DNA from: Candidatus Sericytochromatia bacterium
GTDB taxonomy: Bacteria; Cyanobacteriota; Sericytochromatia; UBA7694
Assembly (NCBI GenBank): GCA_963797915.1
Contig: CAWCRG010000017.1
Location: 235,074-299,073 of the forward strand
Direction of reading: 5' to 3'
DNA length: 64,000 bases
In this document: positions 8,857-16,490 of the stretch, piece by piece
Position numbering within the stretch: the first letter of the stretch is position 1
Layout of the letters: each line of letters starts with the position of its first letter
Made by a program: the position numbers and the translations under genes
Notes under the pieces: model-generated
The model's input: the letters and a program-made list of their open reading frames with translations, nothing else
What the model was told of the DNA's origin: nothing
Database searches by the model: none

Positions 8857-10572
8857 TTAAATTTCATCCTCTTCGTTCATATCATCGTCTTCATCAAAGT
8901 CGTATTCTGAACGGATTTGCTGGAAGACTTCTTCCACAACGGCAAGTTGTGTGTTGACCTGAGCATCGATGGTGCCCGAGTTGGTCTCAATGGTACAACC
9001 GCCACGCTCAATGGAGTAGTGACCGGTAATGACAAAGTCTTGAACATCAGGCAGTAGTTTTTTGAAGTATTCTTGCTTGGGTAAAATCATATCCAGATCC
9101 AGCGGATTGACCTTAATCAGAACTTTTTCAAGATCGGAGACCTTACCAATGGCTCGCTCTACGTTCTTTAGAACAATTTCCGGCTTCATAGCCAGCTCGT
9201 CTTTAATGATTTCTCGAGAGATTTCAAGGGCGAGTTTAATGAGTTTATCTTCGTTTTGCTTAACGGCCACAGGGAAGGCGGCGTGGAGCTTGTTGAGCGC
9301 GTTGGTGGTTTCCATAAGCAACTGGGCATTTTCTTTGATGGCTTCTTCACGGCCTTCTTGATAGCCCACATTAAATCCATCCTGAGTGGCGGCTTCCACG
9401 ATCTCCTGGTGGGACTGCTCGGCGGCTTCAATGATGCGCGCCGCTTCCATATTGGCTTCAGAAAGAATACGCTCGGCTTCAGCCTGTGCTTCCTGAGCCA
9501 TGAGCTCGACCTGAGCTTCAGCTTCTTGCAGGGTTTGTTCAGCCTGCTGTTGCTGCAGCATGGCGTCTTCCATGATGCGGCCGTGTTCGGTTTCGGCCTC
9601 TTGCACCATCAGCAAGGATTTTTCGTAGGCTTCGTTGAGAATGTTTTCGCGATCGGCAATGATCTGGTTGGCGGATTTAATATACTCGTTATCATCGGTG
9701 AGAGACTGCTTATACTCTTGTACCGTTTTGGAGATGTATTCCTGCGCCTCCATCATCATCTGCTCGCGCTGTTCGTTGATGGAGTTTTCTACATACTCTT
9801 CAATGGTGGCAAGACTCTGTGCCCGCTCACCTTCCATGTCTTCATGGATTTTTTCGGTGTGATGCCAGGCCAGGTTTTCGATATAGTCGGCGATGTCTTG
9901 AAAGATTTTTTCAAAATCCAGGGATTCGCTTTGGGGGCTGTGGCGAAGGGTGTCCATGGCCTCAGCCACAAGACGATTCTTTTCTTCGGCGGATACAAAA
10001 GACAATTGCTCTTTAGACTGCTGCTTAAAAGCACTCCCCTGCTCGTTCATCATCTGACGTACTTTGTCATCGAGGCGGGTCATCATGCTGGTGCGTTGAC
10101 CATCAGCCCAGGCCGCAGCAGCTTCCTCGTCACCCTCGTTGCCCATCGCAGAACGACTTGAGAAGTCTTTAATCGATGCCGGTTCTGCATTGGGATCTTC
10201 TTCAACCAGGTCTTCTTCGTAGCTCTGAATATCTTCTTCTTCGTAACCAGGGGTGTCGTAGTCCTCTGGTTCAGAGTACTCGGTATCGAAGTCGTAGGTT
10301 TCTTCTACCGGAGCGCGTGCCCCACCAATGGTAATGGTGTCTCCAAAAGTGACTTCGGTGGTTGCCGCGGTAAAAAAGACGCCTTCATCATTGGTGTACT
10401 GACTTAAATCGAGGTCTTCAAGGGAGAGTAACCCGGAGCCGCCAATGATCATAGGCCCCGACATCTCGTATTCGGGTGGCCCTTCTTCTTGAGATTGAAG
10501 CGCTAGTCCTGTGTTCGGGAGTTCATCATCAAGTAATAGGTATTCGGCGTCCGCCGCTTTAAGGAGTCCCAT
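8857..10572 (-). CDS. FliH/SctL-family T3SS ATPase regulator with ~300 aa highly acidic N-terminal extension
   Basis: The central coiled coil (EAQAEAERILSEANMEAARIIEAAEQ...GYQEGREEA) and the C-terminal FliH domain (GGCTIETNSGTIDAQVNTQLAVVEE) match FliH/SctL. The N-terminal Asp/Glu/Tyr-rich region and the acidic C-terminal tail are atypical. Confidence 0.7.
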   Translation of the reverse strand: MGLLKAADAEYLLLDDELPNTGLALQSQEEGPPEYEMSGPMIIGGSGLLSLEDLDLSQYTNDEGVFFTAATTEVTFGDTITIGGARAPVEETYDFDTEYSEPEDYDTPGYEEEDIQSYEEDLVEEDPNAEPASIKDFSSRSAMGNEGDEEAAAAWADGQRTSMMTRLDDKVRQMMNEQGSAFKQQSKEQLSFVSAEEKNRLVAEAMDTLRHSPQSESLDFEKIFQDIADYIENLAWHHTEKIHEDMEGERAQSLATIEEYVENSINEQREQMMMEAQEYISKTVQEYKQSLTDDNEYIKSANQIIADRENILNEAYEKSLLMVQEAETEHGRIMEDAMLQQQQAEQTLQEAEAQVELMAQEAQAEAERILSEANMEAARIIEAAEQSHQEIVEAATQDGFNVGYQEGREEAIKENAQLLMETTNALNKLHAAFPVAVKQNEDKLIKLALEISREIIKDELAMKPEIVLKNVERAIGKVSDLEKVLIKVNPLDLDMILPKQEYFKKLLPDVQDFVITGHYSIERGGCTIETNSGTIDAQVNTQLAVVEEVFQQIRSEYDFDEDDDMNEEDEI

Positions 10573-10639
10573 GGATAACCTCTAATTTTCGGGTGGTGAT
10601 AAGGGTGTTATTTCATTATATCACAGGAAATTGGGTGCT

Positions 10640-11176
10640 TCACTCCCCGTAAAAGTCAACTTTAAAACGGGACAGTGTGATGTCTTCATAAGGAAGTATG
10701 CCTGCCTTTTGACGGGCATAAAACACCTGTTGTTCGGCATCGATAATGCCTTCAAGCCTGGGTAAGAGTAAGCCCCGCTTACGTTGTGTACTTACAATAA
10801 CGCCATATTGAGACGGATCGAGCTCCGCCACACTTTGAATGGTTTCGGGTTCATGGAGTACCGAGACGGAGTAGTCCAGGGTTCCAAGCTCTACGGTCGA
10901 TACCGCCGGAAATCGAGGATCTTGCGTGCCTGCTGAAACCGCGTTCGCTACGACTTCTTCGAGGACGTTGGTTTGAACGGGGTGAATGGTGCCAATACAG
11001 CCCCGGAGTTCTCCCTGCTGCTTCAACGTAACAAAAACCCCTGCCTGTTGTTTCTCAAAGGTGAGCAGCTGTGGTGATAAAGCATCTGTCGGGAGTGAAA
11101 GGGGAACCCCGTGGTTTAGCGCGTGCTCAAGGGCTAGCTGAGCCAGGTCAGGCAACGTGTTTAAGGTATCTAACAT
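10640..11176 (-). CDS. AMMECR1-domain protein
   Basis: Conserved LRGCIGT motif and ~180 aa size, as in AMMECR1 / AmmeMemoRadiSam system protein A. Confidence 0.75.
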   Translation of the reverse strand: MLDTLNTLPDLAQLALEHALNHGVPLSLPTDALSPQLLTFEKQQAGVFVTLKQQGELRGCIGTIHPVQTNVLEEVVANAVSAGTQDPRFPAVSTVELGTLDYSVSVLHEPETIQSVAELDPSQYGVIVSTQRKRGLLLPRLEGIIDAEQQVFYARQKAGILPYEDITLSRFKVDFYGE

Positions 11177-11242
11177 GGCGTGTTTTTGTGTGAGTGTGTA
11201 TTGAAGGAGGGGTGTGCAATGGGATGAAAAAACGGATTCATT

Positions 11243-11413
11243 TTAATAAGCCTGGTATCGGTGGGCACGGCGCTTACGCATTTCTTGATCGGCATGTTCC
11301 GCTAATTCCTTGAGCTCCTGCATGCGTTCGTGACGCATGCGCTGGGCATAAAGGTCTTTATCAAAACGTTTTTCATGAAACTCTTGAATGACACGGTCAA
11401 AGTTGCTGGCCAT
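11243..11413 (-). CDS. Small basic helical protein (56 aa), unknown function
   Basis: Uninterrupted 57-codon ORF not in the supplied track because it is under 60 aa (MASNFDRVIQEFHEKRFDKDLYAQRMRHERMQELKELAEHADQEMRKRRAHRYQAY). It has a weak Shine-Dalgarno and sits between AMMECR1 and ferredoxin. Confidence 0.3.
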   Translation of the reverse strand: MASNFDRVIQEFHEKRFDKDLYAQRMRHERMQELKELAEHADQEMRKRRAHRYQAY

Positions 11414-11569
11414 CACTTACCCTTTACAACACTTTACTTTTAATTGTAGCTGAATTTTAAGCTTTGTGTGTGAGCTGCCTCACAGTGCTTTTTTGAAAAG
11501 CAAGAACACCGCCTCAGATCTGAGACGGTGCCTGTAAACACCTTCGAAATCGATAAGACCTGAAAAGGC

Positions 11570-11818
11570 TTATTCGAAGTATTCTGCGTTGGTGGCGATG
11601 AATGACTCATCCTCTTCGGGCACATCTTCTTCAGGGAAGATAGCTTCTACAGGACAGACAGGTGCACAGGCACCGCAGTCGATGCATTCATCAGGATTAA
11701 TATAATACTGGGGTGCATCATCATCAGAGTGGATACAGTCTACGGGACAGACTTCGACACATGCTGAATCTTTGGTTTCAATACAAGCTGATGTAATAAT
11801 ATAGGCCATTGCGTTCAT
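11570..11818 (-). CDS. fdxA: 7Fe-type ferredoxin (FdxA-like), 2 Cys clusters
   Basis: Two cluster motifs, C-x2-D-x2-C-x3-CP-like (SACIETKDSACVEVCPVDC) and CIDCGACAPVCPV, in an ~80 aa acidic protein. Confidence 0.75.
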   Translation of the reverse strand: MNAMAYIITSACIETKDSACVEVCPVDCIHSDDDAPQYYINPDECIDCGACAPVCPVEAIFPEEDVPEEDESFIATNAEYFE

Positions 11819-11906
11819 TCTCCTTGCTGTGTTTGGCTTGGGACGTGAATATCATACCATCCCTTATAGGAGATGTGCGTAAAAGCGATTATTTTTTGGC
11901 TCTTTT

Positions 11907-14168
11907 TTAATTTTCGGCAGGCACTTCAAGGCGGTCGAGTTCTTTGATGAGCTGATCCAGTTCAGAAACGACTTTTTGATCTTGTGCATTGATAGGGGCT
12001 TTAGGAGCGGTGACGCGACTATTAATGGGCGCATTATTTGCCGGTAATTGTGCACTCGTCGGTAGCTCCACGGGAACCTCTGTCATGGAAATATCCAGAT
12101 CTTCAGGGTTGACGTTAAAGCTATCGGGGTTGCTCAGAAAGGGATCTAAACTGGGCTCAGGTTTATTTGGTCTTAATTGTTGGTATTGCGCCTGGAATGC
12201 GCCGGTTTCATCCGGGTCCATCGGTATACCTTTATAAACGGGTAACCCTTTCATAAAGGCAAACGCGTGACGGGGCATGCCTTTATGGGCCATACGCATA
12301 AACTGTGCCCATAAGGGGGCTGCAAGTCCGCCCCCGGTACCTCCGTAGAGGGTTTTGGGCGTGTCGTTACCCACCCAGACCGCAGTGGTTATATCCGGTG
12401 TGAAACCCACAAACCAGGCGTCTTTATTGTCACTGGTGGTTCCTGTCTTACCCGCTGCAGGGCGTCCGATACGTGCCTGGGGGGCCGTGCCGCGCTCAAT
12501 GACTCCCACCATCAGGGGGATCAGCATTTCGGTGGCTGAGCGACTGTAAACGTTTTCTGGCTGACGTTGGCGATTGTCTTCAACAATATTGCCAAAGCGA
12601 TCTTCAATCCAAAGAATGGGCGTAGGCTCTAAATAGTCTCCCCCGGTAGCTATGGTGCGGTAGGCAGAAGCCATTTCTAGCGGGTTTACTTCACTGGGGC
12701 CCAGCGCCAGCGACCAAACGTTATTTAAGGGTGAGCGGATACCCAGGCGGTGAGCGGTTTCAATAATGTTTCCGTTACCCACTCGTTCAGCGAGCTTGAC
12801 GGCGATGATGTTATTTGAGCGCTCCAAAGCCCGTTGTAGGGTCATGGAGCCACTGTGGCCACCCCCATAGTTTTTAGGCTGCCATGCGTAAGAACCCCGA
12901 ACATATTTAATGGGTTCATCGACTTCAATATGTTCGGGACGATACCCCCGCGCAAAAGCCGTGAGGTAAACAAAGGGTTTAAAAGCTGATCCCGGCTGTC
13001 GCTGGGCTTGCCATGCACGATTGAACTGACTTTTATTATAGCCGGTTCCCCCAACAATGGCCCGTACAAATCCCGTTTCGTTTTCAATGGCCACCAGTGC
13101 CGCCTCAGAGACTCTTGAACGCTGCCAGCGCTTGACATGTTGCTTGAGCAGTTCCTCACCCTGATTTTGCCACTCTTCATTGAGGGTTGTGTACACTTTG
13201 AGCCCGTTTTTAAAGGCCTGACTATTGCCATAGTTTTCTTTGAGCATGGCCAGAACATAAGACGTAAAGTAGGGAACTCTCATCGAACCCTCGCGAATGC
13301 CAGGGTATTTGAGCGCCTGGCCTTTGGCTTTTTGTGCTTCAAGAGAGGTGGCGCCACCGGTTTCCACCATGCGATCGAGGGTGAGCTCCTGGCGGGTCTT
13401 TGCGGCTGTTTTATTATGGTACGGAGAGTAGAGTTCGGGGCCTGTCAGTATGCCCGCCAGTAAGGCGCCTTCTGCAAGGGTTAGCTGTTTGACCGACTTA
13501 CCAAAGTAGTTAGTGGCAGCCGCTTGTACGCCGTAGGCGTTGTGTCCCCAATACACTTGATTCATGTAGAGCTCTAGAATTTGTGCTTTGGAATAGCGTC
13601 GCTCAACCTGCACTGCCATCCACATTTCTGCGAGCTTTCGTTGTGCTGTGCGTTCAGGGGTTAAAAACAGATTCTTGACGACCTGCTGGGTAATGCTACT
13701 CCCTCCCTGCACCAATCCTCTGCGATCTAAGTTTACTTTTAAGGCACGGGCAAGCCCTTTGACATCAATGCCTTTGTGCTCATAAAAGCGCGCATCTTCT
13801 GCGGCGATGACTGCCCGCTGTACGTGGAGAGGAATATCCTGCAAAGGCACCACTTTTCGGTTTTCTTCGCCATGACGCTTGTAAAGAACCTTACCTTTGG
13901 TATCAAAAATCTCGGTGCTTTCCACCGGTGCGTAGTATTCCAGACTTGAGACTTGAGGCAGATGTTGAAAGTTTTTTTTCATTCCAAAAAAAGCGCCGCT
14001 TATGCCAGCAATGCCAAGCATAAGACTGAGCACACTCAAACGCACACTCCAGCGAAAGGTGTTCCAGAACCAGTGCCTCAGTCGTGAATAACTGTGTTGC
14101 TTTTTTACTTTTTCAGGCGTCCGAAAGGAGTCCGGGCGATAGGGTCGAAAATGAGGAGGTTTAGACAT
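11907..14168 (-). CDS. mrcA: Penicillin-binding protein 1A (bifunctional glycosyltransferase/transpeptidase)
   Basis: N-terminal TM anchor, a GT51 transglycosylase region (EDARFYEHKGID, GGSSITQQ), and transpeptidase motifs SAFKP, SNN and KTGTT. Confidence 0.85.
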   Translation of the reverse strand: MSKPPHFRPYRPDSFRTPEKVKKQHSYSRLRHWFWNTFRWSVRLSVLSLMLGIAGISGAFFGMKKNFQHLPQVSSLEYYAPVESTEIFDTKGKVLYKRHGEENRKVVPLQDIPLHVQRAVIAAEDARFYEHKGIDVKGLARALKVNLDRRGLVQGGSSITQQVVKNLFLTPERTAQRKLAEMWMAVQVERRYSKAQILELYMNQVYWGHNAYGVQAAATNYFGKSVKQLTLAEGALLAGILTGPELYSPYHNKTAAKTRQELTLDRMVETGGATSLEAQKAKGQALKYPGIREGSMRVPYFTSYVLAMLKENYGNSQAFKNGLKVYTTLNEEWQNQGEELLKQHVKRWQRSRVSEAALVAIENETGFVRAIVGGTGYNKSQFNRAWQAQRQPGSAFKPFVYLTAFARGYRPEHIEVDEPIKYVRGSYAWQPKNYGGGHSGSMTLQRALERSNNIIAVKLAERVGNGNIIETAHRLGIRSPLNNVWSLALGPSEVNPLEMASAYRTIATGGDYLEPTPILWIEDRFGNIVEDNRQRQPENVYSRSATEMLIPLMVGVIERGTAPQARIGRPAAGKTGTTSDNKDAWFVGFTPDITTAVWVGNDTPKTLYGGTGGGLAAPLWAQFMRMAHKGMPRHAFAFMKGLPVYKGIPMDPDETGAFQAQYQQLRPNKPEPSLDPFLSNPDSFNVNPEDLDISMTEVPVELPTSAQLPANNAPINSRVTAPKAPINAQDQKVVSELDQLIKELDRLEVPAEN

Positions 14169-14182
14169 AATAAGCGTAGGGT

Positions 14183-15022
14183 TTAGTCAAAGGTATTGCA
14201 GACGTTAAGTTGGCCCGACTGAAAGCCTTGTTTGAACCAACGGGTGCGTTGTGCAGCGCTTCCGTGGGTAAAGGACTCAGGTACAACATAGCCCTGAGAA
14301 CGCTTCTGTAAGCGATCATCGCCAATTTGCGCCGCGGTACGTAAGGCTTCTTCAAGATCGCCTTCTTCGAGCAAGCCGCGTTGGGCCGCATAGTGCCCCC
14401 ATAATCCGGCATAGCAATCGGCTTGCAGCTCTAAAGCGACCGAGAGTTTATTGGACTCTGCTTTACTCATTCTTTGTTGTTGATTGCGTACCTGCTGGGA
14501 GGTTCCCAGAAGGGTTTGCACATGATGGCCCACTTCATGGGCGATAACATAGGCCTCAGCAAAGTCACCACCGGCCTGATAGGTGGTGCGTAAGTCTTTA
14601 AAAAAGGCCAGGTCTAAATAGACCTGTTGGTTGGCGGGGCAATAAAAAGGCCCCACCGCTGCACTGGCAAATCCACAGCCGGACTGGGTACTGTTTTGAA
14701 ACAGCACCAATTTGGGGGCACGATAACGATTGGGGAGTAGCTTTTGATTCCAGGTGTCTTCAAGATCGCCTAAAATGGCCTGCACAAAATCACTGCCCTG
14801 ATCCCCCTGGGGCGGGTTCTGAGCTTGTGTAGTGATCTGGTTTTGAGAGGAGCCACCTTCAAGCATGGAAAGGACGGTAAGGGGGTTAACGCCAAAGATC
14901 CAGCTTCCCACCAGCACCAACGCCAATCCGCCAATGCCCAGGCCGCCTCGCGCAATACCCGAGCCGCCACCGCCACGGTGATCAACAACATTACGACTAC
15001 GCCTTAGGTTTTGCCATTTCAT
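14183..15022 (-). CDS. YpfJ-family putative neutral zinc metallopeptidase
   Basis: HEVGHHVQ zinc-binding motif, a Gly-rich N-terminal TM segment, and size and architecture of Zn_peptidase_2 family proteins. Its start overlaps the stop of the upstream NHL gene (ATGA). Confidence 0.65.
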   Translation of the reverse strand: MKWQNLRRSRNVVDHRGGGGSGIARGGLGIGGLALVLVGSWIFGVNPLTVLSMLEGGSSQNQITTQAQNPPQGDQGSDFVQAILGDLEDTWNQKLLPNRYRAPKLVLFQNSTQSGCGFASAAVGPFYCPANQQVYLDLAFFKDLRTTYQAGGDFAEAYVIAHEVGHHVQTLLGTSQQVRNQQQRMSKAESNKLSVALELQADCYAGLWGHYAAQRGLLEEGDLEEALRTAAQIGDDRLQKRSQGYVVPESFTHGSAAQRTRWFKQGFQSGQLNVCNTFD

Positions 15023-16395
15023 TTTCCGGCGTCAAACGCCAGAACCGCGCCCAGTTGTGTATCGTTAATATATACGTGACCATTGCTTCCGACGGCTAAA
15101 GATTGGGGGCTGCTTAAGTTACTGTCGCCAAAACTATGGATAAAATTACCGGCGGAGGTATACCGGGCAATGACGGTACCTGGGCCAGACCCTGAAACCA
15201 CGTAAATATCTCCTGAGTTGGGATCAATAGCCACATCACCAATGCTAGAAATCGCTTTCCCGGTGCCGTTTTTACCCGCTCCGCCAAAGCGCAAGAGTTC
15301 AGACCCGGTGTTGGCATCGTATTTAATAATTTCGCCACTTACCGTGACGTAAACATTACCGCTCTTATCTACGCCAAGACCTGCAGGCGTTCCTGAGCTG
15401 ATGAGGTTGGCCTGATTACTCTGGATATCTAAACTGACCACGCCCTGATCGGCGGGGCTGGCAATAAAGGCTTTACTGCTGGTGACTGCGATATCGCCAA
15501 GGCCTGCGTTGCCCACCGTATAGTTTTTGACTTTGCTGCCTGAGCTGCTGTAGCGAAAAACGTTAAAGCCATCACTGTCTGGAGCGTTTAGGCTTGCCCA
15601 GAGTTCTCCGTTGGCTACGCTGACCCCTGAGATGAGTCGGGTGGGATTGTCACCATCGCGAAACTGACTGTAAATACTGATGTCTTCGGTTGTGCCATCA
15701 CCCAGGTTAAAGCTGCGAATATAACGATCGTTACTGAGTACTCCATCGTTATAATGCCCCAGGTAAATTTGATTTCCGCTGCTGGCCAGACCACTCAGAT
15801 AAGCCGCCTTGGGGTTTTTGACAATGCCCAAAAAGGTGTTTCCTTTGCTGGGGTCCGCTGCAGGCGGTTCGCTTCCAAAAATATCTCCGCCGATATCGGG
15901 CAGGCTACCTGTGCCGCCCAGCAAGTCGCCTCCATCATCGGGAGCGTCGCCAATATAAGGGTTATCTGCGGCACTAACGGGCGCCTCTCCGCCGGGGACG
16001 GTTCCGCCAATGATCGTATCATCGCTCGGGTTAAACGTGGGGTCTGTCCCCTCAGCAATAACGCCAGCATCGCCAGTAAGCGGTGGGTTGGGGTCAACAG
16101 GCAGTGCGTTGGGATCGACACCCCCATCAAAGCCGGGATCAAAGCCTGTGTCAGCGCCCGCATCAAAACCACCGTTGAGGTTGGGATCTACAAAATTTGG
16201 ATCGACGAAGTTAGGGTCGACAAAATTCGGATCGGTGCCGGGCAAAGGCTCAAAGCCGCCGTTAAGTTGTCCACCCACAGGGCTTAGCGGCTGGGGAGGT
16301 AGCTTTTCTCCCGAACACCCGGTAAGGGCTCCCATTAAACTCAGGGTGGTGCAAACGTAAAGGGCATGTTTTCCCCAGGGCGCGAGATTCGACAT
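15019..16395 (-). CDS. NHL-repeat beta-propeller lipoprotein with N-terminal DPNFV tandem repeats
   Basis: Signal peptide with lipobox LTGC, four perfect DPNFV pentapeptide repeats followed by a Gly/Asp/Pro-rich linker, and a C-terminal region with repeated G-x-VAVD/GDIYV NHL-like blades. Confidence 0.6.
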   Translation of the reverse strand: MSNLAPWGKHALYVCTTLSLMGALTGCSGEKLPPQPLSPVGGQLNGGFEPLPGTDPNFVDPNFVDPNFVDPNLNGGFDAGADTGFDPGFDGGVDPNALPVDPNPPLTGDAGVIAEGTDPTFNPSDDTIIGGTVPGGEAPVSAADNPYIGDAPDDGGDLLGGTGSLPDIGGDIFGSEPPAADPSKGNTFLGIVKNPKAAYLSGLASSGNQIYLGHYNDGVLSNDRYIRSFNLGDGTTEDISIYSQFRDGDNPTRLISGVSVANGELWASLNAPDSDGFNVFRYSSSGSKVKNYTVGNAGLGDIAVTSSKAFIASPADQGVVSLDIQSNQANLISSGTPAGLGVDKSGNVYVTVSGEIIKYDANTGSELLRFGGAGKNGTGKAISSIGDVAIDPNSGDIYVVSGSGPGTVIARYTSAGNFIHSFGDSNLSSPQSLAVGSNGHVYINDTQLGAVLAFDAGK

Positions 16396-16490
16396 GGTAG
16401 GCGTTCCTTTAAATCAGGTATTTAGCTACAATTGTAACCGATTTAGAGCGGTTTAATCATCGGGATAGCCGTTTGATTCCATGGGTTTTA

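Noticed and set aside
8857-9800. Treating the acidic N-terminal region of the FliH-like protein as a separate gene or a mis-joined ORF
   Set aside because: The frame is continuous with no internal stop and no internal Shine-Dalgarno/start with better context. The low complexity is a property of the protein, so it was kept as one CDS.
9256-10161. 301-aa plus-strand ORF, plus several 60-100 aa ORFs, inside the FliH-like gene
   Set aside because: It lies entirely antisense to a well-supported CDS, and its translation is low-complexity Leu/Phe/Gly, as expected opposite an acidic coding strand. It is a spurious ORF.
16178-16240. Possible CRISPR-like or non-coding repeat array
   Set aside because: The 15-nt repeats are in frame within a lipoprotein gene and encode DPNFV. 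There are no spacers, and nothing else in the window resembles a CRISPR repeat-spacer structure.
15754-16360. 177-aa and 116-aa plus-strand ORFs antisense to the NHL lipoprotein gene
   Set aside because: They are antisense artefacts of the GC-rich Gly/Asp codon run, with no start context or Shine-Dalgarno.
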